A stretch of 63,843 bases of DNA, counting the filler, from Octopus bimaculoides (Eukaryota), in the NCBI RefSeq assembly GCF_001194135.2. It is 7 parts of 6 records of this genome, joined end to end, with 100 filler letters (N's around TTAATTAATTAA, not from the genome) between each part and the next. Parts side by side here need not be neighbours in the genome. Positions count along the whole stretch, not along the records: positions 30,360 to 51,844 come from NC_068985.1; positions 51,945 to 54,636 come from NW_026376542.1; 5 more parts are not named here. One strand, written 5' to 3'. The position numbers were made by a program, and so were the translations under genes. Of this stretch, positions 39,450 through 51,985 are shown piece by piece (the stretch's first letter is position 1; the number at the start of each line of letters is the position of its first letter). Below the pieces are notes generated by a model, which did not search any database, had not been told where the DNA came from, and worked only from the letters and a program-made list of their open reading frames with translations.

Positions 39450-42085
39450 GTAAGAACTATTAAATTTATTATTTTATACAAGCAAATGAGATATTTGAGA
39501 CACTATTATGTTTGAGTACTATTATGTTAGCAGTATTATACACTCATCTGATATAATTATAACTAAATAACTAAATTTCCGGAGTGCGATACATTTTGGA
39601 ATATGGTACATCCAAGGAAACCCAATAATGAAATTATAAATAAAATTGTTGAATTGAAATACGAAAGAAAGATTTGGCTTCACGTGAAACGGACTGGCGT
39701 CACGAATTTTCAGTGGCAGATGTGGTGCATGTAAACAGACTGTATGGAAAAAAAAAACTAAGGGAAAGGATATATTTATGACTTAGTTTCATTGTCTAAT
39801 AAGCCTAAAGTGTTTGAAAAAGAATATAAGAATGTGCCTTATCCTCAGTTAAGATATTTTGCATTTAAATGTTTTCTTAAGGCAGTTTCACCAGAAATCT
39901 GAAATCAATTGTTATTTGTTCTCAAGTATTTGGCATTAATAACATTAACATTAGATCTCTCAGTCTATTCTTTTTCACATATTCATTTTACATATTCTTT
40001 TTCTTTCGAGTGTTGAGATATATTTAATATCGTGTTTTCCCTACAACCAGGAGGAGGTGTTGTACGGCAAGTACTCTACCTGAAAAATATCACCGGGTTC
40101 TCGTGTACCTTTACTTAGGTGCATTTTCTTGTAAGCACCAGCAGCAGGCACACACGAACTATTTTCTTGTAGAGTTGTACGGGCTGGATATCAAAGTTTC
40201 AAATGAACCAGTCAGCAAGGAATTTTATAATTCATGGATACTGACATTTCACCTTCTCTTCTTACGGTCACTGATACAAACAAAAGACAAAGAAAATATG
40301 AGATTGTATGTAAATTCGGCTCCGAAAGCTTATGTGCCACTCTTGAACTCTATTGCAAAATAGCTTCTGAGAATAAAGTTGTACAACCCTCCCTTGGACA
40401 GTAGGACCGGTTCAATCGGAATATAGATTATTGACTATGAGCACAAAATAGTGATACTGGACTGAAATGAATGTCACATGACTCTGCTGCTGATTCGTGA
40501 CAATATCAATTCGACCATGTGTAATTCCTATCGACAGGTAAACACATCCGTAAACGTAACTTTGAAATACGAGCTCTCGATAGAGCCAGAGAGAAGTAAC
40601 TAAAGCTAAACCTGTGTGCAATGACCGTATGAGACAGGTCCAGTCATGTTGCTGACCAACCATCTCATAATACCGCTGTAGGTCTGCATCTTATTGAAGA
40701 GAAAAGAATGAACGTTTTGCGCACAAATTACTGTAACAATTATTGACGCTTTCTATTCACTCGGCTACTTCTTTCAAAACACGAACTTGATGTAATCAAT
40801 AACAAGCACAGAAATAAAGAAGGAAACAGTTACATAAATAAGGAAAGGAGCAAGAAAGGAATCATAAATTGATTAGGACTAATATATAATCTTGAATGTG
40901 TGTTTTTGTTTTTTAACTAAATAGTCCTTAATAGTTTTTTAATTCTCTCAATCGATTTTCTTGACATTCCATTTGAAATCGTGGCAGAAATATCACAGAA
41001 GCTTTTCTGTTTGACTTCAACTCGAACTGACTCAATTCACTCAGGCATTAGTCACTAGGGAGGAAAGAGTAATGAGCTTCTAATTAACGCATACAAAGAA
41101 GGGTAGTTTGTATATCGATACACCACTTATACATATAAGTATACAAACATGCTCACATGTGTATGCTTGTGTGTGTGTGTTTATGATGAATAAAACATAC
41201 GGCCACTACCCGCACGGAGGATGACTTTATGTCACAATTTCATTAATTGTTTTTAGTGCGTTTGTAATGGCGAACAGACACAAGCACACCTTCAAACCTT
41301 TCCCATTTGACCCACCAGTATATCCTTTATGCCATAACTGGAGGTGATGAGAGTTGAACTAGCACATCGCTGGTATGCATTTCAGCAGAGTAGAGTGGAT
41401 CAACGTGAATCGATTTACCTTGCACAACGACGCAAAATGCCGCCCGGTAATGGAATTACACCTACAATCTTATGATCATGAATTCAGCCCTTTATTCTAT
41501 TATATGAATCCTCCACAATCTACACTAAGAACGTATATTGTTTGTATGCACGCACACTCTCTCAAAAACACACATATAAGATTTGTTTGTGTGTAGAAGA
41601 AAGATAGCACTCTCTAACTTCCCTCTACAAGCACACCACCACTCTACTAACTAGTATATAAGTAAATTACTACATCTGCCTGTCTGTCATTCCTCCACAC
41701 TGTAGTATAATATTCCTATGAACAGTCATTCATTGTATATTCAAAACTGGAACTGATAACTTCCGCTATTCCTAGCCATGGATTAACATCGAACATTCTC
41801 CTTTGAAACTGCTATTGAGCAAAACATATTACTGTATTATTTCATTATAGAACTATCACAGAGCACATGCCTATTTTATCTTTCCTCCATTTTTGACAAT
41901 CTGGAACATACTAATATACCCGACTCAGCATATTCCCTCATTTTTATAGTGCTCTAACTTCTCCTTCTCTGATACTGATCCACATATTTATTGCACTTGG
42001 TCATTCTTCTTTGTCTGTAAGATCATAAACTAGCCACGAGACGTTTTCTAACTCTAATTTGAAGTGAGATTATAGGCCACTGGCC

Positions 42086-42154
42086 ATTAGGATCTGACGA
42101 GACGTGTATAAAGCTCAGTGCTTTATGGACGAGAAACACACTGGGTAGCCTAAT
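42086..42154 (+). ncRNA. Type I hammerhead ribozyme motif, slightly decayed
   Basis: ATTAGG(A)T-CTGACGA-GA-CGTGTATAAAGC(TCAGT)GCTTTATGGACG-A-GAAA-CACACTGGG-TA^GCCTAAT, immediately followed by AATAAA as in Penelope pLTR ends. Confidence 0.55.
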
Positions 42155-42638
42155 AAATACTCTAATATTCTATAACTTAGTGTGTGCTTCTCGTTCGGAT
42201 TTAGGATATATTGACGCTATATACATATATATATATATATNNNNNNNNNNNNNNNNNNNNNNNNNNNNNNNNNNNNNNNNNNNNNNNNNNNNNNNNNNNN
42301 NNNNNNNNNNNNNNNNNNNNNNNNNNNNNNNNNNNNNNNNNNNNNNNNNNNNNNNNNNNNNNNNNNNNNNNNNNNNNNNNNNNNNNNNNNNNNNNNNNNN
42401 NNNNNNNNNNNNNNNNNNNNNNNNNNNNNNNNNNNNNNNNNNNNNNNNNNNNNNNNNNNNNNNNNNNNNNNNNNNNNNNNNNNNNNNNNNNNNNNNNNNN
42501 NNNNNNNNNNNNNNNNNNNNNNNNNNNNNNNNNNNNNNNNNNNNNNNNNNNNNNNNNNNNNNNNNNNNNNNNNNNNNNNNNNNNNNNNNNNNNNNNNNNN
42601 NNNNNNNNNNNNNNNNNNNNNNNNNNNNNNNNNNNNNN

Positions 42639-42675
<37 letters not shown>

Positions 42676-42683
42676 TATTTATA

Positions 42684-42935
42684 TGTCTTCTACTATTGCC
42701 GCAGACTAAACACAGGCTAGTGACTGGATTTAGTAGACGGAAACTGCCGTTGTATATATATACATGTGTGTGTCTTTGTATCTGTTTCCCCACCACCACC
42801 ACCATCGCTTAACAACCGATGTTAATATGTTTACGTGCCCGTTTCTTAGCGATTCGGTAAAGGAGACCAATAGAATAAGAACTAGGCTTACAAAAGATGG
42901 TCATAGAAAGTGACTGAAACAAATAAAAGAATAAA
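42684..42935 (+). mobile_element. SINE family A, partial
   Basis: GTCTTCTACTATTGCC..GGATTTAGTAGACGGAAACTG..CCATCGCTTAACAACCGATG..GACCAATAGAATAAGAACTAGGCTTACAAA. Confidence 0.8.
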
Positions 42936-43387
42936 TGAATATGTATCAGAAATTGGTTCTCCTCAAGCATGCAAACCGATAGGCTTAGCTAAAAATTAAA
43001 TGTTTATATATTACTACGGCACTCCTACTGAAATTACCATCACTACCACCAACACCACTACACGTACAAACACACACACACACACATACATACATACATA
43101 TGTACATAAACACACGCACACACACGAACCCACATGCAGCATAAAGTTGGAGAAACCCACGCAACAGCGAGAAGTAATATCCCTGCATATAATCTCAAAT
43201 ATTTAAAGTATACTTATGCACAGATTTGTGACAATATTGACCAGCAGAATATTACCTAAAATTCAAATATGACGACACTTGTTTTGACATCGTATCCACA
43301 CCTGCAGACATTTCAGTTATATACATGTATACATACATATAGATATGTATGTATGTATGTATGTACGTATGTATGTATGTATGTATG

Positions 43388-43443
<56 letters not shown>

Positions 43444-44308
43444 TGCTCTTTATATATATATATATATATGCATACTTGAACTTACTTCTATTGTGTAAAA
43501 GAGTATATAAAATATTTCTTTTCTTTTTGTATTTTCGATTTTCTAATTTCCATTTTAGAAACATTTACTGACAATTTTCTGAACCAATTTCCAATTCTGT
43601 TATTAGAAATGTATTGAAGCTCAGTNNNNNNNNNNNNNNNNNNNNNNNNNNNNNNNNNNNNNNNNNNNNNNNNNNNNNNNNNNNNNNNNNNNNNNNNNNN
43701 NNNNNNNNNNNNNNNNNNNNNNNNNNNNNNNNNNNNNNNNNNNNNNNNNNNNNNNNNNNNNNNNNNNNNNNNNNNNNNNNNNNNNNNNNNNNNNNNNNNN
43801 NNNNNNNNNNNNNNNNNNNNNNNNNNNNNNNNNNNNNNNNNNNNNNNNNNNNNNNNNNNNNNNNNNNNNNNNNNNNNNNNNNNNNNNNNNNNNNNNNNNN
43901 NNNNNNNNNNNNNNNNNNNNNNNNNNNNNNNNNNNNNNNNNNNNNNNNNNNNNNNNNNNNNNNNNNNNNNNNNNNNNNNNNNNNNNNNNNNNNNNNNNNN
44001 NNNNNNNNNNNNNNNNNNNNNNNNNNNNNNNNNNNNNNNNNNNNNNNNNNNNNNNNNNNNNNNNNNNNNNNNNNNNNNNNNNNNNNNNNNNNNNNNNNNN
44101 NNNNNNNNNNNNNNNNNNNNNNNNNNNNNNNNNNNNNNNNNNNNNNNNNNNNNNNNNNNNNNNNNNNNNNNNNNNNNNNNNNNNNNTTACTAAAATGTTT
44201 ATATTTGACAAAGTAAAGGGAGAAGAATTTGAAAAGTTGAAGGAAGTACAAGTAAAGCGGTTAAACATAGAGGCATAGATGCATAGGATTAAATGAAGAT
44301 GTCTGTCT

Positions 44309-44343
<35 letters not shown>

Positions 44344-44347
44344 TTGT

Positions 44348-44384
<37 letters not shown>

Positions 44385-44570
44385 TTTGTACACATAACTG
44401 GTATTTAGAGCAAGCAGTTCTAAATATTGATTATTTAGCGTGCAATTTAAATACTAAATCACCTTATTTAAATATAAATACCTTACACAAATGCGCACAC
44501 GTCCACACATACACATAAATAAAGTTGTATAGCAGATCAAAACATCGAAGTTACTGTCACTCTTGAAGTA

Positions 44571-44625
<55 letters not shown>

Positions 44626-44721
44626 CAAAATAATTGAGATTCAGATGAATTAGGTACTTAAATTGAGTCACTATAATTTAGAGGGGTGTTATCCATACAA
44701 CTTCAAAATAAGGTGAATAAA

Positions 44722-45041
44722 ATCAAAATAAGCAATAGGATATCCAAAGGTGATGCAATACGACCTTTTCAAGCGGCTCCATTTAATTGAACTATGCAAT
44801 CATAACATCAATTTAAATGCAGAGCTATCTTCAACTGCATAATTAAATAAATAAATAAATAAGTAGAATTAATTTAAATAGTCAGACATGTTTGTATAAT
44901 TTTACTTAAATCCTCTTAGAGGATAGCAGCTGAGGATAGCTCTGCATTTAAATTGATGTAATGATTGCATTGTTCAATTAAATGGAGCCCTTGAAACGGT
45001 CATACTGCATCAGCTCTGGATATCCTGTTGCTTATTTTGAT
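44722..45041. mobile_element. MITE-like fold-back element with ~115-bp terminal inverted repeats
   Basis: Arms 44722-44838 (ATCAAAATAAGCAATAGGATATCC..) and 44926-45041 (..GGATATCCTGTTGCTTATTTTGAT) are reverse complements around an AT-rich spacer. Confidence 0.85.
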
Positions 45042-45830
45042 ATATATACCAATGATCAAGGTGTAGGAAGAAAGTTAGCTTCGAGCAATCTGTGGTGAAT
45101 ATNNNNNNNNNNNNNNNNNNNNNNNNNNNNNNNNNNNNNNNNNNNNNNNNNNNNNNNNNNNNNNNNNNNNNNNNNNNNNNNNNNNNNNNNNNNNNNNNNN
45201 NNNNNNNNNNNNNNNNNNNNNNNNNNNNNNNNNNNNNNNNNNNNNNNNNNNNNNNNNNNNNNNNNNNNNNNNNNNNNNNNNNNNNNNNNNNNNNNNNNNN
45301 NNNNNNNNNNNNNNNNNNNNNNNNNNNNNNNNNNNNNNNNNNNNNNNNNNNNNNNNNNNNNNNNNNNNNNNNNNNNNNNNNNNNNNNNNNNNNNNNNNNN
45401 NNNNNNNNNNNNNNNNNNNNNNNNNNNNNNNNNNNNNNNNNNNNNNNNNNNNNNNNNNNNNNNNNNNNNNNNNNNNNNNNNNNNNNNNNNNNNNNNNNNN
45501 NNNNNNNNNNNNNNNNNNNNNNNNNNNNNNNNNNNNNNNNNNNNNNNNNNNNNNNNNNNNNNNNNNNNNNNNNNNNTATATATATACACCTTACATCCAC
45601 TCTAATATCTTGTAGATCTAACTAACCACATTGAATAAGAGGTAATCTTCAGAGTCGTTTAACATGAACAAGTAAAGTATACTACACACGATAGATAAAT
45701 CCCATATTGACGTCCTTGAATGTCATGTAGAATACAAAGTATACATTTGAACTATCGTAATAAAGATTAGAGAATTACACATCGACAAAAAATTATTTCA
45801 TCGAATAAAGCTGCATGGGGTTACTAATTC

Positions 45831-45869
<39 letters not shown>

Positions 45870-45874
45870 TATGA

Positions 45875-46061
45875 TTGACCGTTGACTGAACACTATTCAA
45901 TCTTTTCTCTCCGTGTTTTTCTCCTTGTCTCCTTATTCTTTCTGTTGAAGAGCGTAGCTCGAAACGTCAAAGACTTTCCGTATTCCCGAGCGTCATACTA
46001 ATACATCCTTTTGTTGTTTACACCACCTTTCCTCGTCTGTTGTTGTTTTTTCGTACATTCT

Positions 46062-46065
<4 letters not shown>
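45875..46065 (+). mobile_element. About 190-bp hammerhead-carrying short element (copy 2)
   Basis: Closely similar to 19286-19476; (TA)n on both flanks. Confidence 0.85.
45937..45973 (+). ncRNA. Minimal type I hammerhead-like motif, variant core CUGUUGA
   Basis: Identical over all 37 nt to 19347-19383. Confidence 0.6.
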
Positions 46066-46097
<32 letters not shown>

Positions 46098-46245
46098 CTT
46101 CAAATTTACAGAAAGCAACAGACGATGACAGGTGAGGGAATAGAGTGTGTTTGTCGTATACAGAAGGTTTGTAGATATGTAATTACCAATTCCAGTTTAA
46201 ACCGTAGATTCCTCCCGGTATCGGTTCGACGTGTGCCATATGTAT

Positions 46246-46518
46246 AAGAAGAACACAAATAGGATTTAGATTTTACTACAGCTGTTTCGGTAAAGTTTTA
46301 TTGATGTATTCATAGATTACACCATTACGTATATCCATTATCGTGAGTTAATGACTTATACATCATGTTGTTCGTTTAACATGTCATCAACAAAGTTTCA
46401 CTATGTCTGTTTATACCTATTTAAAATGTTATTCGGTGATGGTGTGTTTATTAATACATCAATAAAATTATACCGAAACACCTGTGGTAAATTTTAAATT
46501 CTATGTGTGTTCTTTTTG
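46246..46518. mobile_element. Second fold-back (MITE-like) element, ~80-bp imperfect inverted arms
   Basis: AAGAACACAAATAGGATTTAGATTTTACTACAGCTGTTTCGGTA..TTATTGATGTATT versus AATACATCAATAAAATTATACCGAAACACCTGTGGTAAATTTTAAATTCTATGTGTGTTCTT. Confidence 0.75.
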
Positions 46519-46519
46519 C

Positions 46520-46690
46520 AATACCTAGTCAAAAGCCTCACAGATCTACAGGGAGTAGATGTAGATGGGTTCAAGGAACAATTGGACAAATGCTTTTCCA
46601 GTATTCTAGATGAAACTACGCCACAGAAAGAAATGCAAAGGAGGATATCGTAGTCCAATTCATTTCTCCTACTGGATCAATTCCGGAAGC
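46520..46690 (+). mobile_element. 3'-terminal fragment of a CR1/Jockey-group LINE ORF2
   Basis: KSLTDLQGVDVDGFKEQLDKCFSSILDE..RRIS*SNSFLLLDQ resembles the LPKxLRDLxGVxVDxFKxxLDxxLxxIPDEP..SNSLxDQ ORF2 tail. Confidence 0.65.
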
Positions 46691-47430
46691 AGGACAGTAA
46701 AGTGAGTCTAAAATAAAGAAGCATTAACGCTAATGAGCTAACAGCATGGACATAGACTCTGGTTGCAACCAATAATAGAATAGAATCTACTTATTTATCT
46801 ATCTGTATCTAGTTGGTTTGTCTGCCAGCATTTCAAAAATTAAAATCTATCAAGAATTTTGAAATTTTGTACAATAATATACTTTCTCAAACTGAATTAC
46901 TAGAGTTCTTTCACTTTTTCCAGTAAAATGTTTTTTACAACGTTATAGAGGTTTAAATTTTGATCATTTTCACCCAGTCAGGAAATAGGCTATGGAAGCT
47001 GTCATTTTGTGCGTGACTGCACATTTTCCCGTCAGCATCCTGAAAATAGTACGTGTTGTCAATATTTGTAAATAACACGTGTTTTGTAGTTTGAAGCATT
47101 CAATATGCATTTAATTCGAGAGAACGAGCTTAACAGATTTAACCCCAAACAGTTATTTAGCTTAGCTGTTATTTTTAGCACACCTGACAACCACCTCAAT
47201 GACTCAAAGAAAAGAGGAAACGAGCAGTTTTGAGCATTCAATATGTATTTAATGCAAATGCGAAGAAGGACACGTTACAAATCTAATATAATTATAAAAC
47301 AGACATTTTGTCGCCAGTTCATAAATTCTCACGCCTAATTATCAACAGAGAGATAAAACAAGTGGAGACATTACCTGACTGACATGGTGCCTCAGCTTAA
47401 GTACCTAATTCAACTGGATCTATCATATAT

Positions 47431-47588
47431 GGTGTGTTTACTTCCCCGTAACATAGCGGTTACCAAAAGACACCGATAGAATGAGTACTAGGCTTACAAA
47501 GAATAAGTACTGGGGTCGAATTGTCCGACTAAAGGCGGTGCTCCAGCATCGGCGCAGTAAAATGACAGAAGCAAGTAAAAGAATTAAA

Positions 47589-47590
<2 letters not shown>
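47431..47590 (+). mobile_element. SINE family A, 3' half
   Basis: GGTGTGTTTACTTCCCCGTAACATAGCGG..GTACTAGGCTTACAAAGAATAAGTACTGGGGTCGA..GGCGGTGCTCCAGCAT. Confidence 0.85.
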
Positions 47591-47630
<40 letters not shown>

Positions 47631-47986
47631 GCATACAGTATGGACATGCAGATAACCACACTTGCTTATCAAACTTTCCAACATAGACAATGTATGGATA
47701 TGTACACCAACACACATACACACACGCACGCACGCGCGCACACACACACACATATATACACATATATATGTACACACATATACACAGACTTACACACATA
47801 TAGGCCACGCACTGGCAACTACTAACACATTTATAAACACAAACATACATGTAACTCACACACGCCTTCACAGACACACTAACTTACACGTATATATACA
47901 AATATGCACTGTATAATTCAGGCATTATAGTGCTTTGCTGTTTAAGTATAACGACACAAGAGAAATTATATACTATTTCATTTTTT

Positions 47987-48018
<32 letters not shown>

Positions 48019-48781
48019 ATACATATGCATATTTGTATAAATGTATGTATATATATATATNNNNNNNNNNNNNNNNNNNNNNNNNNNNNNNNNNNNNNNN
48101 NNNNNNNNNNNNNNNNNNNNNNNNNNNNNNNNNNNNNNNNNNNNNNNNNNNNNNNNNNNNNNNNNNNNNNNNNNNNNNNNNNNNNNNNNNNNNNNAAGTA
48201 TGTATACATGTGTGTATGTATATATTATGTACGTATGCATGCATGTATGTCTATGTGTGTGTATGTATGCATGCATGTATGTATATATATATATACATCT
48301 CTATATGTAAATATGTATCCATAAATGTGAATGCATTACTAACATGTTTTTGTAAGCCCTGTCAAAAACAGATGAAGAAAGAAACCTAGATTTATGCAAG
48401 TCATTGGAAGTTTGAAAGTCTGGGATCAATAGTGAGTGATTTCATGTTAACGTGTGGAAACACATGCACAGAAAGTAAATGAGAAATCAAAAGGCTTCTG
48501 TCAAATGTATTACAGCTTCAAACGATTTTTTCCACGACAGACGGATTTCCTCTCTGCTGCTGTTTTCATATCAATAAACGATAGAAGACCGATAAGATTA
48601 AGTCAATCTTCACATAATTCAACCTCACTAAAATACATGTTTGACGACGTAAGTTGTTAAACAGAAATTCTGAGTCAACGGCCTTGTCCTATTTATAGAA
48701 TTTATTATAGTTGATGTGGAGATGCCATTAGTAATGTTGTGTGTATAATTAAGATGTTCCGTGCTTCTTTTAAGTTTTACG

Positions 48782-49217
48782 TTTTACTTATTTCAGTCAT
48801 GAGGTTTCAACCATCCTGGGACACAATCTTGAAGGTCTTCAGTAAGCAAATCGACCCCAATTATTTCGTTGCTTAACGTTTAACTTGATCGATTAGTTTT
48901 GCCGAACCACTCTTTACGTGGACGTAAACAACCCACCACCGGTTTTAATGCTGAAGAGATGACATACACAAGCACAAAGACGACCACACATACACATACA
49001 AGCACATACACACACGCACGCAACATACACGCAAATATACACCTGTATACGAAGGGTTTCTACGCGGTTTCCCTCTACCAAACCTACTTACAAGGCTTTG
49101 GGCGGCCCTGGGCTATTGTAGAAATCACTTGCTTAGCATGACATGTCACGTAGTGGGACTGAACCAGAAACTATATATTTGCAAATCGAGCTTCTTAACT
49201 ATACCGCCATGTCTGCG
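48782..49217 (-). mobile_element. SINE family A, near full length, diverged
   Basis: Both halves are recognisable around an internal (CA)-rich tract. Confidence 0.7.
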
Positions 49218-49731
49218 ACTGTAAACATGGTTCGCAATTCAATTGCGATGTGTGGTAGTATGGGTAATGATATGTACTGTAGATTTCGTTTCAACCAAAG
49301 TCTTGTGAGCGAGACTTGTACAACAAACCTCTGTGGAACAATTTCAGAATGCTGATGCCATCTCTTGGTAGAAGTACTTAGACAAACTATCAATCCTCTC
49401 AGACTAACAGCAGTTCCTGGCCTTCTGTTGGTTTTAGTTGAGGCCACTCTGATAAAAAAAAAAAAAAACTGGCCGGTTCTCTGGCTCGGCAAATAATATG
49501 CACTTTTAAATCCCGTTAATCTCTTTTTGTTCTTATGTCTTTCTCCTCTCTGAATACCGCTCTCACACACTCGCATATATATAACCTCATACTTGTGTAT
49601 ATTCATATTATATACATGTACATAAATATGTATACATACATTTACACAGATGTGTTTATCTATCTATCTATCTATCTATCTATATATCTATCTATCTATC
49701 TATCTATCCATCTATCTATCTATCTATCCAC

Positions 49732-49821
<90 letters not shown>

Positions 49822-49923
49822 NNNNNNNNNNNNNNNNNNNNNNNNNNNNNNNNNNNNNNNNNNNNNNNNNNNNNNNNNNNNNNNNNNNNNNNNNNNNNNN
49901 NNNNNNNNNNNNNNNNNNNNNNN

Positions 49924-49987
<64 letters not shown>

Positions 49988-49996
49988 CATATATAT

Positions 49997-50113
49997 ACGA
50001 CGGGCTTCCTTCAGTTCCCGACCACAAACCCACTCACAAGGGTTTGAAAACAATTGCCAAAGGTGCCACGCAGTGGAAATGAACTTGGCACCATGTGGTT
50101 GGAAAGTGATCTT
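49997..50113 (-). mobile_element. SINE family A, 5' half (internally deleted)
   Basis: ACGACGGGCTTCCTTCAGTT..AAAGGTGCCACGCAGTGGAAATGAAC..CCATGTGGTTGGAAAG. Confidence 0.75.
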
Positions 50114-50149
50114 GTTATATATTTTTATAGATGGATTAATAGATAGATA

Positions 50150-50847
50150 TGTCTGTGTAAATAAAATTTCCCCTTCATATTACTGGTGATGGTGTTGGCT
50201 ACAATTCTATGATGGTGCATCAATCATTACAGTCTTCAAAGCATTTCGCCCCTTTGTCTATATATTTTCTGTTTGGCTTAACCCAAACGTTTCCATGAAG
50301 CGGCTTTTCTTGCCATCGTTTTACCATGATACGTTGTTGTCCCAGTATTAGTTTGGATTTCAGTTGTTTTATAGTATTTGTTGTTTCTTCTTTTACTTCA
50401 TTATTTTCTCTTTGTTTCCCCGACTATTTTAGTTAGTTCATTTAAAGTCCATTTAAGAATTTTGTAGCTATAACATGTACCTGGGACGGTTAGTGTGTTG
50501 ATACCTATTATCTTATTTCTCGCTTTGAGCTCTGTTTTCAGTATTAATCTAGCTCGGCTATAGTAGTTCTTTCTTGTCTTCTCTTTCATCTGTGTTTGTG
50601 TTGTATCGTACCTAGTTCACTGATTCCTAAGTATTTATATGTCTGGCTTTGGTCTAATTTCATTTGCTTTATCTAGTACGATGTTGTTACTTTTAAATAG
50701 TTTTGCTCTTTTCAAGGTTGCTTTGGCACATCTTTCTGTGGCCAAACTTCATGTCTATTTCTTTGGTAAATCTTTGTACTGTCTGTAGTAATATTTTTCA
50801 GCCGTTTATCATTTGTAGTATACAGTTTCAGATATTCCATTTAAGAG

Positions 50848-50850
<3 letters not shown>
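50150..50850 (-). mobile_element. R4/Dong-clade non-LTR retrotransposon, RT C-terminal fragment
   Basis: Decayed (Y)MDD motif as MEYLKLY, then QTVQRFTKEIDMKFG and MKEKTRKNYYSRARLILKTELKARNKIIGINTLTVP..YSYKILKWTLNEL; abuts (TTA)n at 50856-50930. Confidence 0.85.
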
Positions 50851-50934
<84 letters not shown>

Positions 50935-51793
50935 TGCTTTTGATGTCGTCGTTGTTGTTGTTGTTACCTTTCGTCCATCCTGAAAAACGAATGTTATAAA
51001 TCTTATAAATATGTTGATTACATAAGATTGCGTTGCTTATATTTTTCAACATTTTAGGGAATATGTTCAAAGGCAAAGCAATGCGAAATTAGCAGAAGTG
51101 CTTATAAATTTTACGAGCTTTCAACACTTGTTTTTAGATGAAATTTTCGCAAAAGAAATTCAATTACGAAATATCGTAAACTTTACGAACCTTGTTTTGG
51201 TCTTTTAGGAAAGGAGTAGAACTTTAGCATACAAAAAAAAAAAAAAAAAAAGCGCATATAACTGCAATTTATACAAAGTCTATGAATTGATTAAACAAGC
51301 CCACAGGCGTGGAAAAATAGGATTTAAAATAAACAAGCGGATTGATAATATAATATACAAGAAAACTCAGTTGGAGAATTGAAATTCCTTCAGAAGATGA
51401 AAGAAGAGGTCTGATGAAAAATGATGTCTGGAAAGATAACAGCTATGTGAAAAGAAAACACGTGTTGAGTGAGCTAACAGGTTTTATAAACAGATGTCTA
51501 ATTGTATATGGGTATGTATGCATGTATGCATGTATATATGCCTGCATATGCGCGCGCCCGCGTATATTGTGTGCAGGGAGTGTATAAGCATGTGTATACA
51601 TAGAAAGAAGCTTATGTATGTATGTATGTGTGTGAATAGGTCCGTGGGCGCATATATGTGGGTATGTATAGATATGTATTACGTGTATATAAGTTTATCA
51701 CTCTCATCTCTATAAACTCCCTCTTTCTCACCTTCTCTGTGCACACGCACACACACACACACACACACACATGCACACGCATATGCATATTGA

Positions 51794-51844
<51 letters not shown>

Positions 51845-51944
51845 NNNNNNNNNNNNNNNNNNNNNNNNNNNNNNNNNNNNNNNNNNNNTTAATTAATTAA
51901 NNNNNNNNNNNNNNNNNNNNNNNNNNNNNNNNNNNNNNNNNNNN

Positions 51945-51985
<41 letters not shown>

